This document shows, one piece after another, positions 27,925-38,158 of a DNA stretch of 64,000 nucleotides. The first letter of the stretch is position 1. The number at the start of each line of letters is the position of its first letter. The position numbers and the translations under genes are program-made. This stretch comes from an uncultured virus (IMG/VR IMGVR_UViG_3300016649_000564) (taxonomy: Duplodnaviria; Heunggongvirae; Uroviricota; Caudoviricetes), in IMG/VR virus record IMGVR_UViG_3300016649_000564; one strand, 5' to 3'. The notes under the pieces were generated by a model, which saw nothing but the letters and a program-made list of their open reading frames with translations, was not told the DNA's origin and ran no database searches.

Positions 27925-28263
27925 TTAGCGGACGATCACAGAATGGGCGGCCAAAGCCTTTTCGGCAGCGGGGTCGAGCCCGGTCAGATGCGCTTCGCTG
28001 ACCTCGGCCAGCCGCACGACTGCGCGACCGCGACGGACAACATCAGACTGCCCCAGCGGACCGTAGAGGATCGCGATGGCGTTTTCAGTGCCGTCTTCAG
28101 CGGTTGGCTGATAAGGCGCGAACTCGCCCGTGGCGGTCACGAGCCCCAGGATCTGGCCCGGTTCCAGCGCCGGCCCGGCGGCGACATTGATCGCCTCGCG
28201 GGAAATGGTGCCAGCGCCTTCGGACAACAGGAATTCGCCCGCGTGCATCGATTCGATTTTCAT
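27925..28263 (-). CDS. Head decoration protein (lambda D-like)
   Basis: EFLLSE...SRE, G.ILG, DGTE.A.AIL. Confidence 0.85.
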   Translation of the reverse strand: MKIESMHAGEFLLSEGAGTISREAINVAAGPALEPGQILGLVTATGEFAPYQPTAEDGTENAIAILYGPLGQSDVVRRGRAVVRLAEVSEAHLTGLDPAAEKALAAHSVIVR

Positions 28264-29390
28264 GCTCTTGCTCCTTTAGAGGTTCCGTTCTGTGCTGCCT
28301 GGCGAGCCGCCCAGACTGCATGGGTGTCGACCTGTTTGGCCTTGATCGTTGGTGCTGGGTCATTGTCCAGCGGCAGGCTGTTGTTGATTTCAAACCCGCC
28401 GCCGCTACCCACCAGCTTTTCGAACAGGCGCGCCCTGACGGCCGCCTCGTCCAACCCTGAGTTGATGAATTCACCGGTCAGCTCTGGTAACCGTGCAGCG
28501 ACACACAGGCCATGCAGCGCTTTGGCCTTGGTCAGCGCCGCCTGGACTATCACTTCGCTTTCCAGCTTCGTCGTGGCGAGTATCGGGTCCACCAGGTTGC
28601 TGATACCTGCCGCCGCGCAGCCCTGAGTGACCAGCAGCGCCAGTTTGGCCGCGTCCAGCACAGGGGCAGGATCGGGCTCCGGCGGTTCAACTTCCGGCTG
28701 CTCGTCCAGTTGGGCGAGCAGCTCGGGCGGGGCGTTCTGGAAGCGCTGCAACACGCTGCCCTGGCCGAGACAGGCGCTGACCTTGAGGCCGTCGCCAACT
28801 TCATCGGCCAGGCCCAGCGCCACCGCCTCATTGGCCGTGAGCCAGGTTTCGGCGTTGACCATGCGCCGCAGCTCGGCTTCGTCGATGTTCGCCGCCTTGG
28901 CTTTGTAGGCCGCGATAATCGCTTCAAGGGTCTGGTCCAGCACGTCAGCGACACGACGGAAGTCTTCGGCATCACCACCGGTAAAGGTGTAGGGGTTGTG
29001 AATCATCAACATGGCGTTGGCCGCGATCACTACCCGGTGAGCGCCGCACACCGCGACACTGGCCGCGCTGGCCGCCAGGGCGTCAATACGACCAGTGCAG
29101 CGCTCGCCCAATCGCGACAGCGCGTTGTGAATCGCCAGGCCGTCGAACAGATCACCGCCGATGCTATTGAACGCGACAATCACAGGGGAAGTGCCGTCAT
29201 CCATGGCGCGCAGGTCCTGCACGAACTGATTGGCGGTGACGCCCCATGCGCCGATCTCGCCGTACACGAAAATCTCAATGCTGCGTTGCTCGGCTTCGCC
29301 GCTGGCCTGGAGGGTATACCAGCTTTTATCGGCCACCGTTACCTGCTTGCCCGCCTTGTCATAAACGCGGGGCTTTGTCTTTTTGCTCAT
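28260..29390 (-). CDS. ClpP-like head maturation protease/scaffold
   Basis: NS.GG, LAASAAS, MIHNP, ETWL.A.EA. Confidence 0.92.
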   Translation of the reverse strand: MSKKTKPRVYDKAGKQVTVADKSWYTLQASGEAEQRSIEIFVYGEIGAWGVTANQFVQDLRAMDDGTSPVIVAFNSIGGDLFDGLAIHNALSRLGERCTGRIDALAASAASVAVCGAHRVVIAANAMLMIHNPYTFTGGDAEDFRRVADVLDQTLEAIIAAYKAKAANIDEAELRRMVNAETWLTANEAVALGLADEVGDGLKVSACLGQGSVLQRFQNAPPELLAQLDEQPEVEPPEPDPAPVLDAAKLALLVTQGCAAAGISNLVDPILATTKLESEVIVQAALTKAKALHGLCVAARLPELTGEFINSGLDEAAVRARLFEKLVGSGGGFEINNSLPLDNDPAPTIKAKQVDTHAVWAARQAAQNGTSKGARA

Positions 29391-30868
29391 GGTTGTTCCT
29401 TGTCATCGTTCAGCTCGATGGCTTCAAGAGTCGTGTAGTTGAGGCCAAGGTTGGTGGCCCTGACGAGATCGGCGGCGTTTTCCGTGTCTACCGTTTCCGC
29501 GTCGTAACCAGTGCGCAGCACCATCTCACTGCGCGAGGCAAAGCCCGCTTGCACTTCCATGCGTCGCGCCTGTACGTCCTGCACCGGCTGGATGTAGGCC
29601 CAGCCTTGCGGTACCCAACGCGTACGCAGGTATTCGCGACGACGTTGCGCGTAGTCCGCCAGCACCAGAGCGCCGGACAGCACCGCCATGTCCATCCATG
29701 CGGCCCGCACCGGGCGACACAACTGATGCACATACACGCCGAATTGTAATTGCTCCAATCGGCGCCGGAACTCGTTGAGCACCACCCGTAGCGCCCGGTC
29801 GTTGACCTCGCGCATGTCGCCGGTGAGGATCTCGTAGGGCGTCCCCGAACCCGCCGCCGCAGCCATCAGTTGCTGCCGCATGAAGTCCGGGTAGTTGTTG
29901 CCGGCGTCCGGCGGTTTGGAGAACTCCACCTCTTCACCCGGTCCCAGCTCCTGCATCGTGCCTGGCTCCAAGGCGACCATCGGCGTGAAGCCGTCGCGGT
30001 CGGTAGTCAGGAGTTGTCCCGTGACAGGGTCGCGTGGTTGCTGCCCCATGTCCGGCGATGGCCGTTTGATGAAACCGGCGAACAGGTTCGCCACTTCCTG
30101 GCGGAACAACACCGCGTCGTCGTAGTTGTCCAGGCTGCGCAAGCGTTTCAACACTGGAGCCAAACGTGGCACGCCGCGCAGTTGCCCAGGCTCCATCGGT
30201 TCAAAGATGTGCAGCACCTGAGTCGCCGGCACACGTACCAGTTGGTTGTAACCGGCGTTCAACGACGAAGAGTCGCGCGGATGTGAGAGATACATCCAAT
30301 ACGCGACACGCTTGCCGGCCGGGTTGAATTCGATCCCGGCACGGATCACGTTGCCGTTTTTGGCGGTCTCGAACTTGTCATGCGGGACAAACTCAGGGGC
30401 CAACGCCTGCAGCTGCAGCGGCACCGCCAAGCCTTCGCTCGGGCTGCGCGGCCGGAGCCGCACAAAGCACTCACCGGCCGTTTCAACGGTGCGCGCCACC
30501 AGAGCCTGCATGCCGTAGAAGTCGGTCAGCTCATCGGCATCCGCCTCATCCACCCAGTCATCCCACAGCTGCTGCTTGAGCTTGCGCAGCTCGGCGTCGA
30601 CCGTGGTCGGCCTGGGCGTGATGCCGGTGCCGATCAGGTTGCTGACGCGCTTGTCGATGACGTTGAACGCGTACGGGTCATTGCGCACCGCCGCCCGCGA
30701 ACGCGCCCGCAAATTGCGCAGGGCCGGGGTATTGATGCTGTTGATGCCGTCATCGGTGGCTTCCCAACTGGCCGAACGCCGGCCCTCCCCCGCGCCTTCG
30801 TAACTGGCCTTGATGTTTGACGGCAGCAAGAATCCATTACGGGTAAGCGTCGGATAATGTCGGGCCAT
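29387..30868 (-). CDS. Portal protein, lambda family
   Basis: LRARSR...RN, GQLRGVP, YEILTGD motifs. Confidence 0.93.
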   Translation of the reverse strand: MARHYPTLTRNGFLLPSNIKASYEGAGEGRRSASWEATDDGINSINTPALRNLRARSRAAVRNDPYAFNVIDKRVSNLIGTGITPRPTTVDAELRKLKQQLWDDWVDEADADELTDFYGMQALVARTVETAGECFVRLRPRSPSEGLAVPLQLQALAPEFVPHDKFETAKNGNVIRAGIEFNPAGKRVAYWMYLSHPRDSSSLNAGYNQLVRVPATQVLHIFEPMEPGQLRGVPRLAPVLKRLRSLDNYDDAVLFRQEVANLFAGFIKRPSPDMGQQPRDPVTGQLLTTDRDGFTPMVALEPGTMQELGPGEEVEFSKPPDAGNNYPDFMRQQLMAAAAGSGTPYEILTGDMREVNDRALRVVLNEFRRRLEQLQFGVYVHQLCRPVRAAWMDMAVLSGALVLADYAQRRREYLRTRWVPQGWAYIQPVQDVQARRMEVQAGFASRSEMVLRTGYDAETVDTENAADLVRATNLGLNYTTLEAIELNDDKEQP

Positions 30869-31074
30869 TAGAGTCCCTTGCCTCCGTGAGTGAGCCGAAC
30901 CACGCGAGAGCGCGGCCCGGCGGCGTTTGTCAGCGACGTGCGAATCTCGTCGCGGGCCTTGAGCAGTTCGTCGATGGAGCGGTACTCCACCGTTCGGTCG
31001 CTGTAGCGCACTGTCTTTTCACCGCGCGCAATGGCGTGCTCGATGGCTTCGAGGTGCTTCGGGGTAAACGACAT
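30868..31074 (-). CDS. Head-to-tail joining protein (gpW-like)
   Basis: V.Y.DRTVEYRS..EL; between terminase and portal. Confidence 0.85.
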   Translation of the reverse strand: MSFTPKHLEAIEHAIARGEKTVRYSDRTVEYRSIDELLKARDEIRTSLTNAAGPRSRVVRLTHGGKGL

Positions 31075-31075
31075 A

Positions 31076-33109
31076 TCAGCGTCTCTTCAGGTAACCGCTG
31101 GTGGAGCTGCGGCGTTGAGGGGGTGCAGCGGGCCGCGGTTGGGCGACAGGTGCAGCAGGTGGCGGTGCGGGTAGCGACTGACGCGCCGCAACTGGTGCCG
31201 GTGCAGGTGTTTCGTCAGCGTCGACGCGCTCACCCTGCACGGGCTTGACGCCCAACACATCGTCGAACAAACCGGACTGGGCCAGCGCCTGGCGTACCCG
31301 ATACCAGTCGTGTTCCTGGTAGCGGTTGATGCCGAGGTAATGCGCCATTGCCAAGCAGTACACCATCAGGTCGAGCGCCTCGTTGCGCTCTGCTTTGCTC
31401 TTGACCCATTCGATACGAACGGATTTGCCCCGGATATAGCGGGCAACTTTGCGCTCAGCGACGCACTGTGCGAAGAACTCGTCCGGTAGATCGTTGGCAA
31501 AATGCAACGAGCCAGGCCCGTCCTCGAAGGAGTAGCGGTTGTAGATCCAGTCCTTCGCAGTGTCAGTACCAACAAACCATAGCTCTACACCATTGCGCTC
31601 CGTCTGACCTTTCCAGGTCACATCCATCATGGATGGGCGTTGAGCAATCACGTTCCTACCAGGCTTGCTCGCACCTTTGATAGCGAGGATGTTGCGCCAA
31701 CGTCGCACGCGGCAGAACTGGTAAACCTCGTCGGTGTGGTGACCGCCGGAGTCGACCCCCGTCGCCAAAATCGCCAGACCAACGCCGCAAGGGTGCCGGT
31801 ATCGAACCTTGAGTTTTTCGTCCAACACTGCCCAGGTGCGTTCATCGGCAGGATTACCCCAGATCACTTGGTGATCGACCACCCAACGCTCCATCCCTAG
31901 ACCGAAACCCATTACCATCAGCTCCAGGCGGTTGGCCTGGACGTCGACGGCACCGGTCAGCATCATCACCCCTTCCGGCATGCTGCCAAGGGTGTAGGTT
32001 TCCAGCCGCGCCCGGGCGATCAACACCTCGGCCTTGGTTTGCTCTTGCGCGCTGTCCCAGACTTTGGCGAGACGAGTGTTGTAGAACACCTGCATCAGGC
32101 CCAAGTCGCCTAGTGCTTGGGCTTTCTTGGCGTCTTCAAACTCCTCGGCCAGCGAGGGCCAGTCCTTCCAGCCAATCGGCGAGTAAAGCGCGTTAAGGTG
32201 GAAGCCCACCGTCTTGCCGTCGCCGTTGCCATGGGCACGCCACTCGCCACGGGCGAGCATGTCGGTCTTGTGATGCTCCTCGATCAGAACGTCACATTCA
32301 GGCGCGGCGCACTGGTAGTGAACCGTGCGGTAGTCCTTGCTATAGAGCAGCCGCTCCCACTCCAGCACCTGCATATGCCCGCAGGTGGGACATGGCACGT
32401 AGTAGTAACGCTGGTCGCTGGACTCGAACAGATCCGAGATCCGCGAGGCGCCCTTGATCGTCGGCGAGCTGGAGAAGTAGATTTTGGCGTTGCGCCCGAA
32501 GTTGGTCGCCCGCGTCTCTGCCAGCACGATGGGATCACCCTCCTGGCCGACGTCATTCTCCCATCGGTCGACCTCATCGCCGTAGATGTAGCGTGCCGAC
32601 AATTCGGACAGGTTGGCAGCCGACCCTGCCGTGGTGACGTACAAGGCGCCGCCCTCAAACTCCTTTGTATCCATGGTGTTGCGGGCATCCCGCGAGCGGC
32701 TGGCCGCTACTCGCTTCGCCAGTTCTGGGGTCGCCTTGATCGTCTTGCTGATCCGTCCGGAAACCCGCTTGGACAGGCTCAGACTGGGCAACAGCGCCAG
32801 GATGTTGGACGGTGCCATGTGGATCAGGCCGCCCATCCAGTTCAAGGCGATCTGGGTTTTCATCAGCTGCGAGGCCACCATGGTGACGACCCGCCGGCAC
32901 GGGTGAGCCGGTGACAGGCAGCGCATGGGTTCGCGAGCGTACGGCGTCCGATCCGTGCGGTACTGGCCGGGCTCAGGGGCACCGGTATCGCGCGGGATGC
33001 GCATGTACTCGTCGGCCCACTCGTCGATCCAAAGGTCTGGATCAGGTCGCAGCCCACGGAAATACGCCTCACGGTAAGCACGGTCCCCGTCAGGAATTTC
33101 CGTGGTCAT
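31076..33109 (-). CDS. Terminase large subunit (lambda GpA family)
   Basis: ASQLMKT Walker A variant, YGDEVD, SSPT, DVQ, DSGG, RNEALD. Confidence 0.95.
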   Translation of the reverse strand: MTTEIPDGDRAYREAYFRGLRPDPDLWIDEWADEYMRIPRDTGAPEPGQYRTDRTPYAREPMRCLSPAHPCRRVVTMVASQLMKTQIALNWMGGLIHMAPSNILALLPSLSLSKRVSGRISKTIKATPELAKRVAASRSRDARNTMDTKEFEGGALYVTTAGSAANLSELSARYIYGDEVDRWENDVGQEGDPIVLAETRATNFGRNAKIYFSSSPTIKGASRISDLFESSDQRYYYVPCPTCGHMQVLEWERLLYSKDYRTVHYQCAAPECDVLIEEHHKTDMLARGEWRAHGNGDGKTVGFHLNALYSPIGWKDWPSLAEEFEDAKKAQALGDLGLMQVFYNTRLAKVWDSAQEQTKAEVLIARARLETYTLGSMPEGVMMLTGAVDVQANRLELMVMGFGLGMERWVVDHQVIWGNPADERTWAVLDEKLKVRYRHPCGVGLAILATGVDSGGHHTDEVYQFCRVRRWRNILAIKGASKPGRNVIAQRPSMMDVTWKGQTERNGVELWFVGTDTAKDWIYNRYSFEDGPGSLHFANDLPDEFFAQCVAERKVARYIRGKSVRIEWVKSKAERNEALDLMVYCLAMAHYLGINRYQEHDWYRVRQALAQSGLFDDVLGVKPVQGERVDADETPAPAPVAARQSLPAPPPAAPVAQPRPAAPPQRRSSTSGYLKRR

Positions 33110-33112
33110 AGG

Positions 33113-33715
33113 TCAGCTCGCTGTCATCGCTCGTTCAAGGTCGGACGAGGACATGCGCTCTGCCTCTTCCAGTGATTTACGGAGTGTCGCCGTCAGGTGC
33201 TTTTCGATGTCCCAGGGGTCGGACATGACTGCCAGCTTGTGCGAGAGCTGGGGCAACAGGCCGAACAACTGGTCACGCAGATGGCGCCCGGCGTTGTATG
33301 CCCCAAGCTCAACAGCATCCCTGGCTACCAGCGAGCCTTGTGCCTTGTGCAGCTCGATCTCGGCCAGTTGCGCCAGGTTGTGTTCGCGCATGGCGCGAGC
33401 CTTTTGGAAGTCGTGGCCCTTGGCGCCGACAGCAATAGGCTGCTGCGGCGCAGCCGTGTTAGTCGGCTCGACCAAGGGGGACAGTTGACTGTAAACGTCA
33501 CGCTGGATCCGGTCCTGCTGGTGTCGAGCAGCAACGGCGGCCTTGCTGGGGTCGGCGGTATCGAGGATCAGCGCTTCGGTTGCCAGCACATCCACCATCT
33601 TGCCGTCAGGCGACAGCACCAGGCGGTTGTTACCTTTGAGCCAAGTGATGTAGCTCGGCGTCCTGTCGATTCGAGCCGCGAAAGCGCTTTTAGACAGAAA
33701 GAGTGGATCCGTCAT
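33113..33715 (-). CDS. Terminase small subunit
   Basis: N-terminal HTH-like segment, position directly upstream of terL. Confidence 0.8.
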   Translation of the reverse strand: MTDPLFLSKSAFAARIDRTPSYITWLKGNNRLVLSPDGKMVDVLATEALILDTADPSKAAVAARHQQDRIQRDVYSQLSPLVEPTNTAAPQQPIAVGAKGHDFQKARAMREHNLAQLAEIELHKAQGSLVARDAVELGAYNAGRHLRDQLFGLLPQLSHKLAVMSDPWDIEKHLTATLRKSLEEAERMSSSDLERAMTAS

Positions 33716-33920
33716 AAGCCCTCCTTTTCAACGGCTTTTCAATGGAAACCTTTCAATTTCAATGGATTGAATTTCAGTAAGCTGGCAGCCCATCCGCTAA
33801 CGCTTTCCCGCGGGTTTTATGCCCCGTGTCCCTCGAATGCCGCCAGGGTCCCCGGCGACTTTCGGCGCACCATTTTGACGCATACCGCTACAGGCCACGT
33901 ATTACGTGGCCTCCAGCTCA

Positions 33921-34265
33921 TCATGCCTGACCGCTGCCCGAGGGCGGCACATCGCACACGCCCAACCGCTTGGCGGCCCAGCGTTCATACAGCCCGATGG
34001 CGACATCGGCGCCGGCCATCGCGGTGAGGCATCCGATGCTCCCTGCAGCCAGGACCGACATGCCCGAAGCGTGCAGCAACATCATGGTGGAAAGCCCGCA
34101 GACCACGCAGGCCCCGGACCGAAGGAGCAAGCGGCGAATCAAAGACCAGCCGCTTACCCCCGCTTTGTCGGCTCGCCATGCCTCGCCGGATATGCCGCCG
34201 ACCAGGGACAGCACGATCACCATCCAGATCGGCATATCAATAAGCGCTTGCTGCTCGTTCGTCAT
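33921..34265 (-). CDS. Holin
   Basis: Start at MTNEQQ; three hydrophobic segments; first gene of the late operon. Confidence 0.82.
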   Translation of the reverse strand: MTNEQQALIDMPIWMVIVLSLVGGISGEAWRADKAGVSGWSLIRRLLLRSGACVVCGLSTMMLLHASGMSVLAAGSIGCLTAMAGADVAIGLYERWAAKRLGVCDVPPSGSGQA

Positions 34266-34284
34266 CGCCCTACCCCATAAACGC

Positions 34285-34309
34285 AAAAACCCGGCGAAAT
34301 GGCCGGGTT
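34285..34309 (-). terminator. Terminator in late leader (tR'-like)
   Basis: AACCCGGC/GCCGGGTT stem with T-run immediately before the holin RBS. Confidence 0.65.
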
Positions 34310-34498
34310 CAGTGTGGTGGTGTGTCCCGCTGCTTGCGGTCGCACCTATCGAAGATGGGTACTTTTTACAGGTCGATTCCGGTGGCAGCAAGTGAGTTTT
34401 AATGCCATGGCGCAATACGGGTGCAATACAGGTATGACGCAGGTGCAACGCAGGGACAACGCATTCATTCGGCTATCGCTTCTGGTGCCCCGTCTGAC

Positions 34499-34768
34499 CT
34501 GTCCCACTACTCTTGATCGAAGTAGGACAGCTACAGGCGCCTGAATACGGGGCTCTGCCCTACTGTCCTACCTTTATTCCTTTTCTCTTGTGTATAGAGA
34601 GAAAGCTAAAAGCACGCGTGCGCGCCATGGGCGCGATTACGTGCCCGCTATGCTCATGTGTGCGTGGGGCGGATGAAGGTTGGACGGTAGGACAGGCCAA
34701 CAACGGCGTGGCCTGCGCCTGTCCAACTGCGCTAAATGGCAGTCGGACAAGGGCGGACAGTAGGACAG
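34499..34768. repeat. Iteron-like GTAGGACAG repeats, putative replication origin
   Basis: About nine exact or degenerate copies in both orientations around an AT-rich core. Confidence 0.6.
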
Positions 34769-34792
34769 AGGCACACGGGGTAACACCGGGGG

Positions 34793-35158
34793 TCATGCAG
34801 CCTTCCCCATCAGCATGCCGGCAATGTGTAGGTGGGCTTCGTGCAGACGCTGGTAGTAGGTATCCCGACCGCATCCGCAATGGGTGTACTTCTGCGAGAG
34901 GAAGCTTTCGTGGTTGCAGTAATGCTCACGCACAACGACCGACAGCTGGGGCGGCAAGTGCTTGTTGACGATCAGCTCGATGTCGGCCGATTCATCCAGC
35001 AGCACCCGACTGCCGCGTGTGCCGCGTATCAACTCGCCCTTGCATTCCATCAGCATGGCGATCATGTTGCCGCCGCTCGGCCCGCCCATGTTTTCCGGCA
35101 TGGGTGAGTGCAGATCCTGCGCCCATAGTTTGAGCATCTCGTCGATTCGCTTAATCAT
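34793..35158 (-). CDS. Putative late-gene regulator/antiterminator (Q position; PA0613-like)
   Basis: N-terminal L.LW, C-terminal HTH (TYYQRLH.AH); lies before the late leader terminator. Confidence 0.6.
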   Translation of the reverse strand: MIKRIDEMLKLWAQDLHSPMPENMGGPSGGNMIAMLMECKGELIRGTRGSRVLLDESADIELIVNKHLPPQLSVVVREHYCNHESFLSQKYTHCGCGRDTYYQRLHEAHLHIAGMLMGKAA

Positions 35159-37370
35159 CGAAGCAAGGCTCCTCGATCACCGACTGCTGCAACGCAGACG
35201 CACGCCCCCAACCCGCAGGCTTTACATAGGCCCAGGGCCGCACCCCACTCTTAGGCAATGCCGGCATGCGCCGCTTGCGCCAGCCCAACCGGTGCATGAT
35301 CGCCCCGACCCGCATCTGCTCAGGCTTGCCCCAATGGCCGAAGTCCAGCTTGAGCGCCTGGGTGAGGATCTCATTGCCGGTGGCGGTCTCGCCGATCTGC
35401 GACTCTTCCATCCAGGCCAAGATCGGCCCTTCCCATTCATCGACGACGAATCGCTCGTCTTGGGCCTCGGCGAACATCCAAGATTCGTCCTTGGCCACCC
35501 ACCAGATGTCGCCAGCCTCGAAGCAGAACAAAGCCTCAGCCCACAGCTGGTCGCGAATCTCGCGCAGTTGCTCCAGATCGACCTTGTTGCAGAACACCGG
35601 CCAATAGCGGCGATTGCCCGTGGCGTCCTTGAGGTATTCCTCTTGGTTGGTAGTGCCCACGAAAACACACTGGCGTGGCACGTCATTCGTTCGGCGGCCG
35701 TAGCTCTCGCGGTAGGTGTCGGTGGACGCGGAGAAGAACTGCTTGGCCTTGGTACTTTCAGCCTTGTTGAAGCTGTCCAGCTCGCCCAGCTCGACGATCC
35801 ACTTGCCGCGAATCGCCTGGAAGCTGTCCTTGTCGCCAAGGGCAAAGGGCGTGTCCATGAACCACTCGCCGCCGAGAACGCCCATAGCCGTGGACTTACC
35901 GGCGCCCTGCCCGCCTTCGAGGATCATCACCGAGTCAGCCTTGCAGCCAGGGCGCATTACCCGTGCGACCGCAGAGATCAGCCAGCGCTTGCCGACCTTG
36001 GCCGAGTACTCGCTGGACTGGACGCCCAGCACGTCGGTCAGCCAGGTATCAATGCGGGGAACGCGGTCCCACTCCAGCTTCTCCAGGTACTCGCGTACCG
36101 GGTGGAAGGCATGGTCGTGGGCAACAACGCTGACCGCCTCGATCACATGGGAAGCCTTCACGCGTAGGTTGTACTGCTGCGCGAGCCACTTCATCACGCG
36201 CATGTCATCGATGTCGGCCCAATCGCCGGCACCGCCGCCGAAGGGCGCAGACCGCAGCTTGACGATCTTGGAGCTGAACACGCTGTAGCCGATGACACCA
36301 GCCCAGCGTTCGTCGTTGCCCAGGATCAGCTCGACGTTTTGCATGTGCGCGATCAGAGAGCCGTTTTCGGTGCGGGCCAACTGGTCTTTCCAACCACCAG
36401 CTGCAGGAGGTTTGACCACCGCCAGCACCTGGCGGCGAACGGCCTCCAATCCCTCGGCGACGTGCAGGTCGTTGAAGTCGGTCCACTTGACCTCGCGCTC
36501 GCCGGAGAACACCGGGGCGACTACCTGACTGCCGACAACCAGCGCGGCATTGTTGGCCTTCTCTTCGCCTGGGTTCCAAGGGTCGCCGTTGGGGCGCTTG
36601 GTCTTCCAGTCATCGTCGCGGCAGATGATCAGCGGGCAACCAGGGAAACGCTCTCGCATGGCCTTGGAGACCGGCAGCAGGTTGCCCGCGTCGAAGGCGA
36701 TGGCAACAGTAAGCGACGTCGCCATGTGCAGGCTGGCGCCCGTGGCGTAGCCCTCACACACCAGCACCGGTTCGCCAGGCTCAGGGTGCGGGCCGATCAG
36801 GTGGAAGGCGCCTTCCTTCGACATGCCGTAGGGCCAATACGCCTTGTCGCGGCCGGTGTCGTCTTGCTTGGCGGGGAAAATCACCTGCAGGCCAACGATC
36901 TGGTCGCGCACATTGCACATAGGCACCAAAAATGCGCCAGTACGTGGCGCATAGCGAACCTTGAAGCCGACGATCTGCTTTCGATCCAGGTAGGCGCTCT
37001 TACCCTTCTCCGGCATGCGTTTGAACAGGCCGGCAGCACGGTTGGCCGCTCGGCGTGATGCGTTGGCAGCGATCTCGGCGGCCTTGCGCTTGGCATCTTC
37101 CTGGCGAGCGCGCATTACTTCGCGCTCTTCGGGACTCATGCGCCCGGCCTTGACCTTGATCTTTTGGGTGTCGCCGGAGCGCCAGTCACCGAAGCTGCCG
37201 AAGATTAGCGTTTCGTTTTTTTCGGTACGGTGTTCGTGGATGACGTACCAGCCGTTTTTTTCCTTGCCCTTGTCCTGGGTGGTTTTGCAGCGGGTGAGTT
37301 TGCCGAAGGCCAGGGGCTGAGCGGGTTCAAGGCCGTAGTCCGCGAACTGATTCAATACCTCATCGAGCAT
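35151..37370 (-). CDS. Toprim primase fused to VapE-family helicase
   Basis: CEGYATG, DDD, DFND Toprim motifs; GGQGAGKST Walker A; TGNRRYWP. Confidence 0.92.
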   Translation of the reverse strand: MLDEVLNQFADYGLEPAQPLAFGKLTRCKTTQDKGKEKNGWYVIHEHRTEKNETLIFGSFGDWRSGDTQKIKVKAGRMSPEEREVMRARQEDAKRKAAEIAANASRRAANRAAGLFKRMPEKGKSAYLDRKQIVGFKVRYAPRTGAFLVPMCNVRDQIVGLQVIFPAKQDDTGRDKAYWPYGMSKEGAFHLIGPHPEPGEPVLVCEGYATGASLHMATSLTVAIAFDAGNLLPVSKAMRERFPGCPLIICRDDDWKTKRPNGDPWNPGEEKANNAALVVGSQVVAPVFSGEREVKWTDFNDLHVAEGLEAVRRQVLAVVKPPAAGGWKDQLARTENGSLIAHMQNVELILGNDERWAGVIGYSVFSSKIVKLRSAPFGGGAGDWADIDDMRVMKWLAQQYNLRVKASHVIEAVSVVAHDHAFHPVREYLEKLEWDRVPRIDTWLTDVLGVQSSEYSAKVGKRWLISAVARVMRPGCKADSVMILEGGQGAGKSTAMGVLGGEWFMDTPFALGDKDSFQAIRGKWIVELGELDSFNKAESTKAKQFFSASTDTYRESYGRRTNDVPRQCVFVGTTNQEEYLKDATGNRRYWPVFCNKVDLEQLREIRDQLWAEALFCFEAGDIWWVAKDESWMFAEAQDERFVVDEWEGPILAWMEESQIGETATGNEILTQALKLDFGHWGKPEQMRVGAIMHRLGWRKRRMPALPKSGVRPWAYVKPAGWGRASALQQSVIEEPCFDD

Positions 37371-37587
37371 GGCGGGCATTCCTGGCTTCGTCGATGGATT
37401 GGCAAGTCACGCAATGCGTGCAGCCGGGGATCGCAACGCGGCGCGCTGTTGGGATCGGCGTGTCGCACTCTTCACAGAACATGAAGGAATGCGCGGGCAT
37501 GGTGGTTTTTTTCGCGTTTCGTGCGGCGAGCGCACGGTCCATACGCTCCTGCACCAGGTCATTTGCAAAGTCGATGTCGTCAGCCAC
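37360..37587 (-). CDS. TraR/DksA C4 zinc-finger protein
   Basis: GTG start (MADDIDFA); CEEC..IP.ARR.A.PGC..CVTCQ. Confidence 0.88.
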   Translation of the reverse strand: MADDIDFANDLVQERMDRALAARNAKKTTMPAHSFMFCEECDTPIPTARRVAIPGCTHCVTCQSIDEARNARHAR

Positions 37588-38098
37588 GGTCCGCCCCCCG
37601 AGTTGTCTGGTTGACGTATTGGGCGCGATTAAGCATCCCCAACAGCCCCTGGATTCCGCGAAATACCTGCAGGCGAATCTCAGCAAGTTCCTGATCGCTC
37701 ACAACGCCATCACCAATGCTCTTGGCCCAGGTGTCGGCCAGGTCAGCCACCTGCCTGAAGTACGAGGCAATACCGGTGGTCAGGGTCTCAGGCATGTCGC
37801 TGGTATAGGTTTCAGCCAGCTCTTGCCAGGTTGTGTCGCCGACCAATGCATGCACCGCATCGAGGATGCGGCGGTCCTTGGTCAATTCGAGGATCTCGCC
37901 GAACTCTTGAATGTTGACCGCGTGCGAGGGATGGGTGGGAGACAACTTGTGCTGCAGCGTGGTGGCATTGCGGCCGGTGGTGGCGGCGATTGCAGCGGCA
38001 CCGCCGGGATAGTCCCGTGCGGCGTGGTACAGGGCTAATTCGAGCGTCAGGACTTCCCTTTGCGCTCGATCAACACAGCTTAAAGCTACTCGGCTCAT
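37580..38098 (-). CDS. Phage regulatory CII-family protein
   Basis: YPGG..A.A......TLQHKLSP motif; downstream of cro. Confidence 0.8.
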   Translation of the reverse strand: MSRVALSCVDRAQREVLTLELALYHAARDYPGGAAAIAATTGRNATTLQHKLSPTHPSHAVNIQEFGEILELTKDRRILDAVHALVGDTTWQELAETYTSDMPETLTTGIASYFRQVADLADTWAKSIGDGVVSDQELAEIRLQVFRGIQGLLGMLNRAQYVNQTTRGADRG

Positions 38099-38158
38099 GG
38101 CATTAATCCTACTAAGTTGCCAGTGCCCCGCGACATGCAGTGGTGTTACATTTGCCGC

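Noticed and set aside
34499..34768. CRISPR array
   Set aside because: Repeats are 9 bp, in both orientations and irregularly spaced; no cas genes
11305..37320. Many long + strand ORFs (e.g. 11305-12012, 15432-16613, 19206-20174, 25942-27210, 26753-27910, 34962-36167)
   Set aside because: Antisense shadows of well-supported minus-strand phage genes in GC-rich DNA; no motifs
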